A stretch of DNA of 64,000 bases from Spirochaetota bacterium. Its GTDB lineage: Bacteria > Spirochaetota > UBA4802 > UBA5550. Positions 29,480-39,286 of the stretch are shown piece by piece. The stretch spans positions 22,265 to 86,264 of the forward strand of contig JBNKTL010000020.1 of assembly GCA_050298055.1 (NCBI GenBank), in the 5' to 3' direction. The position numbers were made by a program, and so were the translations under genes. Under the pieces are notes generated by a model. It did not search any database. It saw only the letters and a list, made by a program, of their open reading frames with translations, and was not told the DNA's origin. Within the stretch, counting starts at the first letter, position 1. Each line of letters opens with the position of its first letter.

Positions 29480-29986
29480 ATGAATATACAAAAGCACAAA
29501 CATGTAAAAATAAATTATTCAATAAAAGATGACAACGGAGGAATAATTGACAGTTCGGAGGCAAGTGGTCCTCTTGAGTATATCCACGGGACAGGAAGTA
29601 TAATAGACGGTCTCGAAGATCTTCTTGAAGGGAAAACCGCCGGAGAGAAAGTCTCTTCGGAAATCCCTCCGGAAAAAGGTTACGGTAAGAGAGACGAGTC
29701 GATGATGCACCAGATGGAAAGGGAGTTATTCAATGAAATTGAAGATCTCCAGCCCGGGATACAGCTCCTCATCCAGGACCAGGAATTAAACCAGGTGATG
29801 ACAGTGGTTGAAGTCCGGGAGGACAAAGTGACCCTTGATGGGAACCATCCCCTTGCCGGAGTAAAGATAAATGTTGATGCGGAGATCCTTGAAGTCCGTG
29901 ACGCAACAACTTCCGAGCTGGAACAGGTGTACAGTGCCAAAATAGGCTGTGACGGAGGATGCAGCAGCGGTTGTGATTCCTGCTGA
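29480..29986 (+). CDS. slyD: FKBP-type peptidyl-prolyl isomerase SlyD
   Basis: PLEYIHG, PEKGYG and DGNHPLAG motifs; Cys-rich tail GCDGGCSSGCDSC. Confidence 0.93.
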   Translation: MNIQKHKHVKINYSIKDDNGGIIDSSEASGPLEYIHGTGSIIDGLEDLLEGKTAGEKVSSEIPPEKGYGKRDESMMHQMERELFNEIEDLQPGIQLLIQDQELNQVMTVVEVREDKVTLDGNHPLAGVKINVDAEILEVRDATTSELEQVYSAKIGCDGGCSSGCDSC

Positions 29987-30005
29987 GTTGTTGAATAGTG
30001 TTATT

Positions 30006-31238
30006 ATGCGCCAGGAACATTATAAAGAAATACTAACTATTCTCAGTAACATTCCTGTCTTCAACGGCCTTGATGACAGTGAGCTGGAAGAGATAGTCCC
30101 CCTGCTTGAACCCCAGGTCTATCCCCCTGACGTCCAGATAATTGAAGAGGGGAGTACGGGAGACTCCATGTTTATCATAAAGAAGGGAACTGTCAATGTG
30201 TCAAAGTCAGAAAACAGTAACGAAAAGGTAAACCTGGGAAATATCTACTCCGGGTCCTATTTTGGTGAACTTTCACTCATTGACAACCTTCCCCGGTCTG
30301 CCACTGTCAGGACTGTTGATGAGACTGAGATATTCTGTCTGAATAAGAGCAATTTCGATAATCTGCTCAGTACGAACAAAAAGATAGCCAATGTTTTTTA
30401 TAAGAACTGTTTAAACGAAACATTCTCCCGGTTCAGGAACATCGTTTCAAACTTCACATTCTCCCAGCATATACTCAGGGAAAAAACCGCGCAGCTTACC
30501 GAAATAGACAAAGACCTCTCATCCGCAAAGGAGGTGCAGAATTTCTTCCTCAGCACAGACGGGCGCAGTTCGGAAAAAGTCTTCAAAAGGATCAAGTACA
30601 CGAACTACTATAATCCCTGTATTGCCATTGGCGGTGATTTTTTTAATATTACCCGGCTTGATTCGGGGAAAATCAGCATCATCATTGCGGACCTTGAGGG
30701 TCACGGTATCACTGCCGCACTGGGTACCGGTGTTCTGAAAAGCGCTTTTTCCATTTTCCTTGAAAAACTTGGTGAAAAACCCATGGAACTTCTCGAGTTT
30801 CTCAACAGGCATTTCTACCAGGTTATTAATCAGTTGTATGCTACCTGCTACTACGCGGTTGTTGACGAAGAGAACAAAAAAATCACCCTGGCAAAGGCCG
30901 GTCATCATCATCCGGTATTCTGGAAAAAAAGACTTGATGATTTCCAGGAGATTGAATGCGGCGGTATCGGACTGGGGATTATACCGGATGGTAAATTTCA
31001 CCAGATTGAACTTACCTATGAAGAAGGGGACAAGATGCTCTTTTACACCGATGGGATAATTGAGCAGATGAATAAAAAAAATGAAATGTACTCAAAGATG
31101 CGTCTCAATTTCATGTTCCGCGAGCTGATACAGAACGGTGAGAAGGATATTCTCGAAAAACTTGTGAAGGACATGGAAAACTTCTCTGACGGGATGCAGC
31201 CTGAGGATGATGTCACCCTTTTACTCTTCGAGTTCTAA
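30006..31238 (+). CDS. cNMP-binding domain + PP2C/SpoIIE phosphatase
   Basis: FGELSLID..PRSATV for the cNMP domain; GGDFF, ADLEGHG, YTDG and EDDVT for PP2C. Confidence 0.92.
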   Translation: MRQEHYKEILTILSNIPVFNGLDDSELEEIVPLLEPQVYPPDVQIIEEGSTGDSMFIIKKGTVNVSKSENSNEKVNLGNIYSGSYFGELSLIDNLPRSATVRTVDETEIFCLNKSNFDNLLSTNKKIANVFYKNCLNETFSRFRNIVSNFTFSQHILREKTAQLTEIDKDLSSAKEVQNFFLSTDGRSSEKVFKRIKYTNYYNPCIAIGGDFFNITRLDSGKISIIIADLEGHGITAALGTGVLKSAFSIFLEKLGEKPMELLEFLNRHFYQVINQLYATCYYAVVDEENKKITLAKAGHHHPVFWKKRLDDFQEIECGGIGLGIIPDGKFHQIELTYEEGDKMLFYTDGIIEQMNKKNEMYSKMRLNFMFRELIQNGEKDILEKLVKDMENFSDGMQPEDDVTLLLFEF

Positions 31239-31279
31239 GAAATAATTTCTCTTTCAATAACTATAAACTTTGTATTAAG

Positions 31280-31420
31280 GTAACTACTCGAGCTTAGTAT
31301 AAGAATAACCATATTCATTAAAAATGATAACTGATATGTTCCCGCCGCCCACGGCGGCGGGAACATATTGTTGATATTTTAGTAAATAGGATTATTTTGG
31401 TCATAGAGCTGAGTAGTTAC
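31280..31420 (+). mobile_element. MITE-like palindromic element, copy 5
   Basis: GTAACTACTCG...ATATGTTCCCGCCGCC-CAC-GGCGGCGGGAACATAT...CTGAGTAGTTAC; lies between convergent genes. Confidence 0.9.
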
Positions 31421-31427
31421 AGGACTT

Positions 31428-32258
31428 TCAGTTGAGAATAGTGACGTGGTAACAGCGTTGTCTTTTCTCAAGGATTGCGTAGAGTTTTCCCTGGTCCTGG
31501 AGTTCTATGAGTGTCTCCATGAGTATGGACCTCAATTGTCTCCGGAGCGCCTCGCCCATCATGTAGCCAATCCTGGTCCTCATCCTGTTCAGCATATCTT
31601 CCGATATCTTGTTTGATACTTCCTGAAGGGGGACTGAAACAAAGTAATTGTCATAGAATATATCGAAGCTTGTCCCATATGAATGGGTTGAAATGAAGCT
31701 CGCGTTCATGTTTCTTTGCATCAGTTTTTTCTGGTAGCTGGCAGGTCTTATGACCGATGAAAGGGCTATCTTTACAGGGGGAAGGTCCGCTCTTTTTTTC
31801 AGGTTTTCCTGAAGCCTCTCCGTTAAAAGCTGCAGCCCTTTGAGAGCATTTTTCGTCAGGTACCTGTATTTCTTTCTCACATTGTGAAAATAATAGAGCC
31901 GGTTCTTCGGTTCTTCGATATTTACCAGTTTTCCATTTTGCGCGCTTCCACTGATCCCGCTGTCATCGGTTACCGGTTTTATTCCGTATCTTTCGGCGGC
32001 ATGAATATGGTCCATTAAAAGGTGTTTTCTCAGTTCCTGTTCCTTTGCCGGTGTGGCAAAATCCCGGTAGATGGGAATATTCTCGATAAACTTCCTCTCA
32101 ATATTATAGGCTCGTGAGAGATAGCTGTTTATATCAACCCTTATTCCTTCGATCTTTTTCTCCTGGCAGGTAAAGGAGAAGTAGTGGGAGATTATCAGGA
32201 CGAATACCAGAAAAAGCAGTATCTTTATTTTTAGGTTAAATGATTTTTCAGAAGACAT
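31428..32258 (-). CDS. DUF5715-like (M15 peptidase-fold) protein
   Basis: SS..R...Q..L...N.NA, STHSYGTSFDI and CYHVT motifs. Confidence 0.7.
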   Translation of the reverse strand: MSSEKSFNLKIKILLFLVFVLIISHYFSFTCQEKKIEGIRVDINSYLSRAYNIERKFIENIPIYRDFATPAKEQELRKHLLMDHIHAAERYGIKPVTDDSGISGSAQNGKLVNIEEPKNRLYYFHNVRKKYRYLTKNALKGLQLLTERLQENLKKRADLPPVKIALSSVIRPASYQKKLMQRNMNASFISTHSYGTSFDIFYDNYFVSVPLQEVSNKISEDMLNRMRTRIGYMMGEALRRQLRSILMETLIELQDQGKLYAILEKRQRCYHVTILN

Positions 32259-32276
32259 AAATTTTTCCTCCCGAAT

Positions 32277-32594
32277 TTACTTCACGGCGGAATTTCCGTG
32301 CCCTTTCAGCTCCTTTATCTTCATCTCCCCCAGGTTCTTTTCCAGAAGTTCCTTCCCTTTTTGAGTGCCCTCCCTGATTTTCCCGGAGACGTGATCAATG
32401 ACCTCCCTGCGGGTTTTGGGGATTTTCTCACCGGTGTAAGAGAGATAAGCAATGTATATGATGATGATCGCTATTGATATCAATGCCATCTTGATCACCT
32501 TCTTTACCAGGGAATATAAAATAAATATCCCCAGGATAATTGCCACTGCAAGATAGAGGTTATTTGAGGTAATTGCTTTGATTATGTTTTCCAT
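32277..32594 (-). CDS. Small membrane protein
   Basis: Two TM helices and a charged tail. Confidence 0.7.
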   Translation of the reverse strand: MENIIKAITSNNLYLAVAIILGIFILYSLVKKVIKMALISIAIIIIYIAYLSYTGEKIPKTRREVIDHVSGKIREGTQKGKELLEKNLGEMKIKELKGHGNSAVK

Positions 32595-32616
32595 GGCTGA
32601 TATTCCGGATCATCCG

Positions 32617-34137
32617 TCAGAGATTTTTTTTCGCGAAGTTGTGGTGTTTAATAATTAACTTATAATAATACCCGCTGTTTATCTTCAACTCTTTTTGTAA
32701 AAATTCACGTCCTTCCCTGTAGATTCTGTCTGCCTCTCTCCAGTCCCGGGCGTTCAGCTTTTTTATGCCCAGGTTGTCGATGAAGATGCAGATATTTCCT
32801 CTGTACTGTTCCCGGTATTTCTGTATGAAGTTTACGTTGTTAAAAACAGGGTCATTGAGCATTTCCATGATCAACCTGCCGTATTTTTTTATATTCTCAA
32901 GGTCTCCGGGAGTGTATTTCTTTCCCAGGAGGGAGTTGAATTCAACAATTGAGTTGTTCCAGAGGCTGTTCAGGATATCTCTGTTTTCCCTGATATATTT
33001 TTTTGCTGTCATTGATTCATTGATAAAGAGTTTAAGTACTTCCCTCATGTTATTCTTATCTGTATTTTTCACCTGTTTCCTTCTTATAGCTGTGACAGCA
33101 TTGCCGGAAAGGACCTCAATGTTGTAGCGGTGCTTGGCTGAAAATCTTTCGAAAATTTCATGGTCCAGTATTTTCGTATATCTCACATATTCTCTATGGA
33201 TCTTTTCCGGATTTTTTTCTATGATACTCCTGGTAAACTGGAATACCTTGTAGAGGGTGTTATTCACAATATAGTTTTCATCACCGGAGCTGAGATATGA
33301 ACCAATGAGGGAAAGTGCAGCAGCCCTGCTGTAACTCTTTTCAACAGGAACTCCGGAATAGTTCATATCCCCTGAGAAGAGAAGAGACCTGTTGTTGTAG
33401 ACCTGGACTACAGCAGAGATGTTGTCCATGGGTATCTTCTTCCTGTAATACACCACATCGAATTTTATATTTTTCTTGTCAAAGATCCTCCTGTACCGGC
33501 CCTTTCCCGCATTGTATGGATCAAAACCGTACCTGTTGGTGGTCTCAACATCGATGGCGGTACCGTTAATATCAATAAGTGAATAGATATGATCCGGTAC
33601 CGATACCAGGCTTGTCCTGTACCCGAAGTATTGGAGAAAGGCATTATAGATGAGTGCCGACTTGTAGCAGTTGAACTTCCCGGAATCCAGTGTCTCCCTT
33701 ATGCCGATGTTGTAACCCGCGGCATTTCCTCTCTGCTGGGTAAGAAAGTATTCGTCGTGCAGAAAATGAAGAAGGAATTCTGCCAGGTTATACCTGTTGA
33801 GTTTTCTGTCATATCCCTTTTCCCTTATAATCTTCCCGGCTTTTTCAACCCTGCTTCTGAAGTTTTCAAGGTAGCTGTTAAAGGTCTGTTCATGGGTAAT
33901 GTCAGAAGAGAGAATGTATAGCCTGATCAGTTTGTCAGGATACTTTACTCCGTCGTCGGCAACAATGGTCCTGTTCATCTCACGGAATTCCAGCCGGCTT
34001 ATCTTTTCCGTAATCTCGGGGTAATCGAATATCCGGAGGTATGAACTGAAATTTCCCTCACGTCCATATAATGCTGCCTGGATAAGAAGCAGCATGATAA
34101 TCAGCAGTTTCTTTTTTTTGTTCAATAATTGTGTCAT
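32617..34137 (-). CDS. Exported transglutaminase-like (Cys-His-Asp) protein
   Basis: Signal peptide; FNCYKSA, DHIYS and DVETT motifs. Confidence 0.65.
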   Translation of the reverse strand: MTQLLNKKKKLLIIMLLLIQAALYGREGNFSSYLRIFDYPEITEKISRLEFREMNRTIVADDGVKYPDKLIRLYILSSDITHEQTFNSYLENFRSRVEKAGKIIREKGYDRKLNRYNLAEFLLHFLHDEYFLTQQRGNAAGYNIGIRETLDSGKFNCYKSALIYNAFLQYFGYRTSLVSVPDHIYSLIDINGTAIDVETTNRYGFDPYNAGKGRYRRIFDKKNIKFDVVYYRKKIPMDNISAVVQVYNNRSLLFSGDMNYSGVPVEKSYSRAAALSLIGSYLSSGDENYIVNNTLYKVFQFTRSIIEKNPEKIHREYVRYTKILDHEIFERFSAKHRYNIEVLSGNAVTAIRRKQVKNTDKNNMREVLKLFINESMTAKKYIRENRDILNSLWNNSIVEFNSLLGKKYTPGDLENIKKYGRLIMEMLNDPVFNNVNFIQKYREQYRGNICIFIDNLGIKKLNARDWREADRIYREGREFLQKELKINSGYYYKLIIKHHNFAKKNL

Positions 34138-34296
34138 GGTATTGAACTTCCTTTATAGATAAAAGCTCCTTTTAATCAAGAAGATTTTTCATACAGATTT
34201 TTCCCAAACCTCCGCTCAACTATTATTAGTTGACATTTTTGGTATTGTATATTAAAAACTGCAGTTGATCTTATTAGTAATATCCGGAAACCAGAA

Positions 34297-34974
34297 ATGA
34301 ATCCTGTTCTCTTTATTATCGCAACACTTGCCGTAACTGTTACTCTTTTAATCAGGGCTGAGTTTGTTGAAAACAGGAAGTTGATCTATCTCTTTAAACC
34401 TCTTTCAACATTGCTGGTCCTCCTGCTGCCGGTCCTGGCCCTGCAGCAGGACATTGCCGGTCTCTATTACATAAAGGCCATACTTGCCGGTCTCATTGTC
34501 TCCCTGGCAGGCGACTGCGCGCTTATGTTCAGGAGCCAGGTCTCATTCAGGGCCGGGCTTTTTTTATTCCTTACTGCGCATCTCATTTACAGTATCGCCT
34601 TCCTGTCACTGAGCGGCTTCAAGATGTTTGATTTTATTCCCGCGCTCCTGATTGCCATTGCGGGAGTGTTCATCTATGTGTACCTCTATCCCGGACTTGA
34701 GGGGATGCAGGTCCCTGTCTTTCTCTATGTGGTGATTGTAAGTTTTATGGTTACCCGGGCCGCGTCGGTCCTTATGGACAAAAATATATTCTTTACAACG
34801 GGACTCCTTGTTACACTGGGGGCTGTTCTCTTTTACGTGTCGGATATTATTCTGGCGGTGGCAAGGTTCAGGAATCCCTTCAGGTATAACCGGATCAGCC
34901 TGGCCTTCTACTACTCAGGCCAGTTGCTTATTGCCCTGAGTACACTTTTTGTGGCTGAGGGACATCCTCTGTGA
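34297..34974 (+). CDS. YhhN/lysoplasmalogenase family membrane protein
   Basis: KPL, SLAGD, GL..FL.AH..Y, GA.LF..SD and YY.GQ.LI motifs. Confidence 0.9.
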   Translation: MNPVLFIIATLAVTVTLLIRAEFVENRKLIYLFKPLSTLLVLLLPVLALQQDIAGLYYIKAILAGLIVSLAGDCALMFRSQVSFRAGLFLFLTAHLIYSIAFLSLSGFKMFDFIPALLIAIAGVFIYVYLYPGLEGMQVPVFLYVVIVSFMVTRAASVLMDKNIFFTTGLLVTLGAVLFYVSDIILAVARFRNPFRYNRISLAFYYSGQLLIALSTLFVAEGHPL

Positions 34975-36365
34975 GTATGAAGTACGACCTTATCATTGTG
35001 GGGGCGGGCCCCGCAGGGATTTTCGCGGCCCTTGAGTATAACAGGCTGAACAGGGGGAAAAAGGTACTCGTCCTTGAAAAAGGGAGGAGCATTGAAAAAA
35101 GAAAATGCCCGAAGAGAAGTACCGGCATCTGTGAAAACTGCAAACCCTGCAACATAACCTCGGGATTTTCCGGGGCCGGGGCTTTCAGTGACGGTAAACT
35201 CATCCTTTCACCGGAGATAGGCGGGTTTCTCAAAGACTACCTCCCGGAGAGTAAGCTCGCGGAACTCATAAAATATACTGATGAACTCTATCTCTCATAC
35301 GGTGCCGATAGAACTGTCTTCGGGATACATGAAAGTGAGACCCTTAAGAGGCTCAGGCAGAACGCCATTAAAAGCAACCTCAAATTTATTGAAAGCCCCA
35401 TACGCCATATCGGTACGGAGGAGAGCTACCAGCTCTATTCAAGGATACAGGATGAACTGATAAACAGGGGGATAGAAATATCCTTCAACAATCCCGTGAC
35501 CGAACTGATTATTCACGATAATATTATCAAGGGTGTGGTTGCCGATAAGGATTACTTTTCCGATGACGTGATCATATCAGTAGGCAGAGAAGGGGCCCAC
35601 TGGCTCAAAAAGATATCAGTGAAGCATGGGATTGAGACCAGTGTGGGCGGTGTTGATATAGGAGTCAGGGTAGAAGTCAGGAACGAAATCATGCAGGAGA
35701 TAAACGACGAGCTCTACGAGAGCAAGCTGATCTACTATACGCCGACATTTGATGACAGGGTGAGGACTTTTTGCCACAACCCGTCGGGAGTAGTCTCCAC
35801 GGAATATTATGACGGGGACCTGGCAGTGGTCAACGGACACAGTTACAAGTCAGGTGACTTCAAGACGGAAAACACGAATTTTGCACTGCTGGTTTCCAAT
35901 TACTTCACTGATCCTTTCAAGGAGCCCATAGAATATGGAAAGTATATAGCGCGGCTGGGAAACCTCCTCTCAGGGAACAAGATCATTGTCCAGAGATACG
36001 GCGATTTAAAAAGGGGAAGGAGGACAACCGTAAAGAGGCTTAAGAGGAACAACATACAGCCCACACTTGTGGATGCCGTACCCGGTGATTTGAGTCTTGT
36101 CCTTCCCTACAGGATAATGCTTGATATCAAGGAGATGATTGAGGCCCTGGACAATATCTTCCACGGAATAGTCAGTGACGAGACACTTATCTACGGGATA
36201 GAGGTGAAATTCTATTCAAATATCATAAAGATAAATAACAGGTTTGAGTCGAGCATAAAGGGCCTCTATGCCGCGGGAGACGGAGCGGGAATTACCCGAA
36301 GCCTTATGCAGGCAAGTATAAACGGAGTAGAACTGGGAAGAATTATCGGGAACTCCAAAAATTAA
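34971..36365 (+). CDS. FAD/NAD(P)-dependent oxidoreductase
   Basis: IVGAGPAG, GAGAFSDGKL, DIGVRVE, EVKFYS and GDGAGITR motifs. Confidence 0.9.
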   Translation: MSMKYDLIIVGAGPAGIFAALEYNRLNRGKKVLVLEKGRSIEKRKCPKRSTGICENCKPCNITSGFSGAGAFSDGKLILSPEIGGFLKDYLPESKLAELIKYTDELYLSYGADRTVFGIHESETLKRLRQNAIKSNLKFIESPIRHIGTEESYQLYSRIQDELINRGIEISFNNPVTELIIHDNIIKGVVADKDYFSDDVIISVGREGAHWLKKISVKHGIETSVGGVDIGVRVEVRNEIMQEINDELYESKLIYYTPTFDDRVRTFCHNPSGVVSTEYYDGDLAVVNGHSYKSGDFKTENTNFALLVSNYFTDPFKEPIEYGKYIARLGNLLSGNKIIVQRYGDLKRGRRTTVKRLKRNNIQPTLVDAVPGDLSLVLPYRIMLDIKEMIEALDNIFHGIVSDETLIYGIEVKFYSNIIKINNRFESSIKGLYAAGDGAGITRSLMQASINGVELGRIIGNSKN

Positions 36366-36384
36366 ATTTTCTTTTTTTAACAAT

Positions 36385-36424
36385 AAAAAAAGCTGTCATT
36401 CTATTTCATCATGACAGCTTTTTT
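36385..36424. terminator. Bidirectional intrinsic terminator
   Basis: AAAAAAGCTGTCAT / ATGACAGCTTTTTT between convergent genes. Confidence 0.88.
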
Positions 36425-36465
36425 GCTTTATCTCTGTTTTTAAGTCATGAGGCTTTTTTATTTGA

Positions 36466-36672
36466 TCAAATGAGTCGCTCCTTCTTTGCAATTTCTCTCA
36501 ATTCAAGTGCCTTCAATTCATCATACTTTATCAAATCATAAAATGAATTGACTTCGTACTCCATGAAGGTCTTTCTGACAACATCATTGAAGCTGATCTT
36601 GCTGATCTTCAGCATCTTTCTGATGTTCATTTCTGCTAAAACTAAATCCGTGAGAAGCTGCTGGTCAACCAT
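36466..36672 (-). CDS. Small hypothetical protein, 68 aa
   Basis: Strong RBS GAGGAGG upstream and a terminator downstream. Confidence 0.75.
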   Translation of the reverse strand: MVDQQLLTDLVLAEMNIRKMLKISKISFNDVVRKTFMEYEVNSFYDLIKYDELKALELREIAKKERLI

Positions 36673-36733
36673 CTATTCCTCCTCTGTATTAAGTTTCCCG
36701 CAGAGGAGCTTATAACATATAACGGGTAATATG

Positions 36734-36802
36734 CAATAGGAGAAATCCCTATTGTTTTGTAATACAAAGGAGAAAAGTTTTGTAGGTGTTTGTCCTACAA
36801 AA
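36734..36802. promoter_or_regulatory. Two TAGG-N7-CCTA operator-like palindromes
   Basis: CAATAGG-N7-CCTATTG (36734-36754) and TTTTGTAGG-N7-CCTACAAAA (36778-36802). Confidence 0.55.
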
Positions 36803-36814
36803 TATCATTATTCT

Positions 36815-36946
36815 GTGACTATTCTGTTATGCATAAAAATTGATATTAATGACAACTGATATGTTCCCGCCCCCTTCAGCGGCGGGAACATATTGTCTGT
36901 TCTTTATTAGGCAGATATATTTTTAGCCATACAGTTGAGTCGTTAC
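36815..36946 (+). mobile_element. MITE-like palindromic element, copy 6
   Basis: GTGACTATTCTG...hairpin 36859-36893...TTGAGTCGTTAC; flanks ATTATTCT / TTTATTTT match 6/8. Confidence 0.8.
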
Positions 36947-36947
36947 T

Positions 36948-37736
36948 TTATTTTTTGTTGATAAATCGTGCAAGCTTATAATAAAATTCATTAGGATTAT
37001 CGTTCATGGGGAAATGACCGCTCTTCGATATGCTCACAATTTGGATTTCGCTTATCAGGTCCAGCACTTTTCTGTGGGAGTTCTTCTCTCCGCAGAAATA
37101 GATTTTTTTGCATTTCAGGTCCTTAAACTTTTGTAATAACATACCGCTGTCAGTCCACCGGACAAGTGATTTGGCACTTTTATTAAAGGCAGCGGGACTG
37201 GATTTTTCAATCCATTCAGCCCAGAGCTTTGTTCCCCTGTCGGTTTTTAGTATGTCAAAGTATTTAAGTCTGTTAAACAGCGTCTGCTTAAATGATTCGA
37301 ATGATGGTGATGTGACGGCACTCCTGCTGATACTGCAGTCAGTATTGAAAAGATTTCCTTCGACGTTGGTGAAGGAGGCAATTCGGCCGGGAGAAAGATC
37401 AATGAGCAGGAGAGCAATTGCTCCCCCCATGCTGTGCCCCACAAGGTGGACTTTATCCCCGGGATATTTTTCCAGGAGCAGCCTGCATATTTCCGCGTGG
37501 TCTTCCAGCCTGTATGAGAATTTACTGTTTTCCGGGGATTCGCCGAAGCCGGGAAGGTCCGGTGATATCAGGGAATAGTCTGTAAGTCTGTGAGAATTCC
37601 AGGCATCAACAAAAGATTCTCTCGTACAGCCCAGGCCGTGTATGAAAAAGATAATTTCGCTGCCGGTATCCCTCACATCTGCTGTGATTTCAATGGTGGT
37701 TTTCCCTTCAGGGATATTTAAGGTAAAAATATTCAT
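36948..37736 (-). CDS. Alpha/beta hydrolase
   Basis: HGLG, DLPGFGES, GHSMGG and GHF motifs. Confidence 0.92.
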   Translation of the reverse strand: MNIFTLNIPEGKTTIEITADVRDTGSEIIFFIHGLGCTRESFVDAWNSHRLTDYSLISPDLPGFGESPENSKFSYRLEDHAEICRLLLEKYPGDKVHLVGHSMGGAIALLLIDLSPGRIASFTNVEGNLFNTDCSISRSAVTSPSFESFKQTLFNRLKYFDILKTDRGTKLWAEWIEKSSPAAFNKSAKSLVRWTDSGMLLQKFKDLKCKKIYFCGEKNSHRKVLDLISEIQIVSISKSGHFPMNDNPNEFYYKLARFINKK

Positions 37737-38039
37737 TATCTGTTTTTTTCTTGATTTCAGCCAGCAGGGGATCAATTGTTCATATGGGTACCTTTAATAA
37801 TTTTTCATAATGATGTATTGTTTCCCGTTACAGTAAACATCATAGGATCGTGATTTTTTTCTGTCCAGAAAATAAAATACTTTTTTTAAGAATATCCGGA
37901 AATGATATATGGGTCCGGACTTCGGAATAGTATTTGAAAGGTCTTTGTTGATTTAAGAAAGTATGAAAAAAACCGGAACTATTGAGCAGTGTATTGCTGC
38001 CACATGGTTGAACAGTAAAATAAAATAAGGATATGTGTT

Positions 38040-38828
38040 ATGAACCAGGACCAGGTAAAGAGAATTCTTCTCAACCTTGAGGAGAATGTTCAGGAATTCA
38101 GTGTTGTCTTCTCAGGAAAAAAGAGCAAGAAAGTTGACGGTCTTTACAAGCCTGAAAGCAGAGAAATTCTCATTCACAATAAGAACTTTCCGGATGACAA
38201 CCCGCTGATCTATACAGCCATCCATGAATTCGCACACCATATTCACCTCACCGGTTCTCAGGGAATAATGTCCGCAAGGGCCCACACGGGCAAGTTCTGG
38301 GAGATATTTCACAGGCTCCTCTACCTGGCCGAAGAGAAGGGGGCCTATGTAAATATTTTCAGAAAGGACACACGCTTTCTGGATCTCACAAAAAAGATCA
38401 GGGAAAATTACCTGAATGTGGATGCGCGTCTCATGAAGGAGCTGGGTTCGCTTCTCCTTGAGGCATTTAACCTCTGTGTTGAGAAACATGCAAGCTTTGA
38501 CGACTATGTGGACAGGGAGCTTAAGCTCCACAGAAGTTCCGCCAGGTCCATCATACATATCCACTCTAAAGATATAAATCCCGATATCGGTTATGAGAAC
38601 ATGAAGATCGTCGCCCGGGTAAGTGACTCTGATGAGATGAGAAAAGCAGAGGAGGCCTTTCTCAAAGGTGACAGTCCCGATATGGTTGTGCAGGAATACA
38701 TCTCGCGAAAGGTCCCGGAGGACCTGCTGGAAAGTCTCCTTGTTGAGAAGTCAAGGACAGAGCAGAGTATCGAAAGGCTTAAAAGGAAGCTGACAAACAT
38801 TGAAGAGAAGATAAAAAAGTACTCGTAA
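38040..38828 (+). CDS. HEXXH (zincin/SprT-like) domain protein
   Basis: YTAIHEFAHH and H...FW motifs; coiled-coil C-terminus. Confidence 0.7.
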   Translation: MNQDQVKRILLNLEENVQEFSVVFSGKKSKKVDGLYKPESREILIHNKNFPDDNPLIYTAIHEFAHHIHLTGSQGIMSARAHTGKFWEIFHRLLYLAEEKGAYVNIFRKDTRFLDLTKKIRENYLNVDARLMKELGSLLLEAFNLCVEKHASFDDYVDRELKLHRSSARSIIHIHSKDINPDIGYENMKIVARVSDSDEMRKAEEAFLKGDSPDMVVQEYISRKVPEDLLESLLVEKSRTEQSIERLKRKLTNIEEKIKKYS

Positions 38829-38905
38829 AATATATTTTTTAGAATTTTCTCTATGTCCTGTTCAGACTTTATAGTATAATTAATACGGATCTCTATGGAG
38901 AATCA

Positions 38906-39286
38906 ATGGCAGTGAAAAATATCTACTGGATATATATACTCCTGTGTGACAACGGAAGCTATTACACGGGATATACCGATGACCTTGTGAAACGTTACCG
39001 TCTGCACAGGAGCGGAAAGGGCGGCGCGAAATATACAAGGAGTTTTAAACCGGTGAGGATCGCGCAATGCTGGAAACTTACGGGAGGAAAGGGAACAGCC
39101 CTGAAGCTTGAAAATTTTATTAAGAGCAGGGAGCGGAAAGAGAAAGAAAAAATCGTTGCGAATCCCGGGCTGCTTGAGAATCTCTTCAGCGGTGAAACAG
39201 GGATTAGTATTGAAATCAACCCCTGTGATCCCGATATAATTGAGAGTGAGGCCGGGAATATCAGACCGGATAAAGGGGCCGGGTGA
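38906..39286 (+). CDS. GIY-YIG nuclease (UPF0213-like)
   Basis: IYILLC..GSYYTGYT.D...R...H..G.GAKYTR and ALKLE..IK motifs. Confidence 0.93.
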   Translation: MAVKNIYWIYILLCDNGSYYTGYTDDLVKRYRLHRSGKGGAKYTRSFKPVRIAQCWKLTGGKGTALKLENFIKSRERKEKEKIVANPGLLENLFSGETGISIEINPCDPDIIESEAGNIRPDKGAG

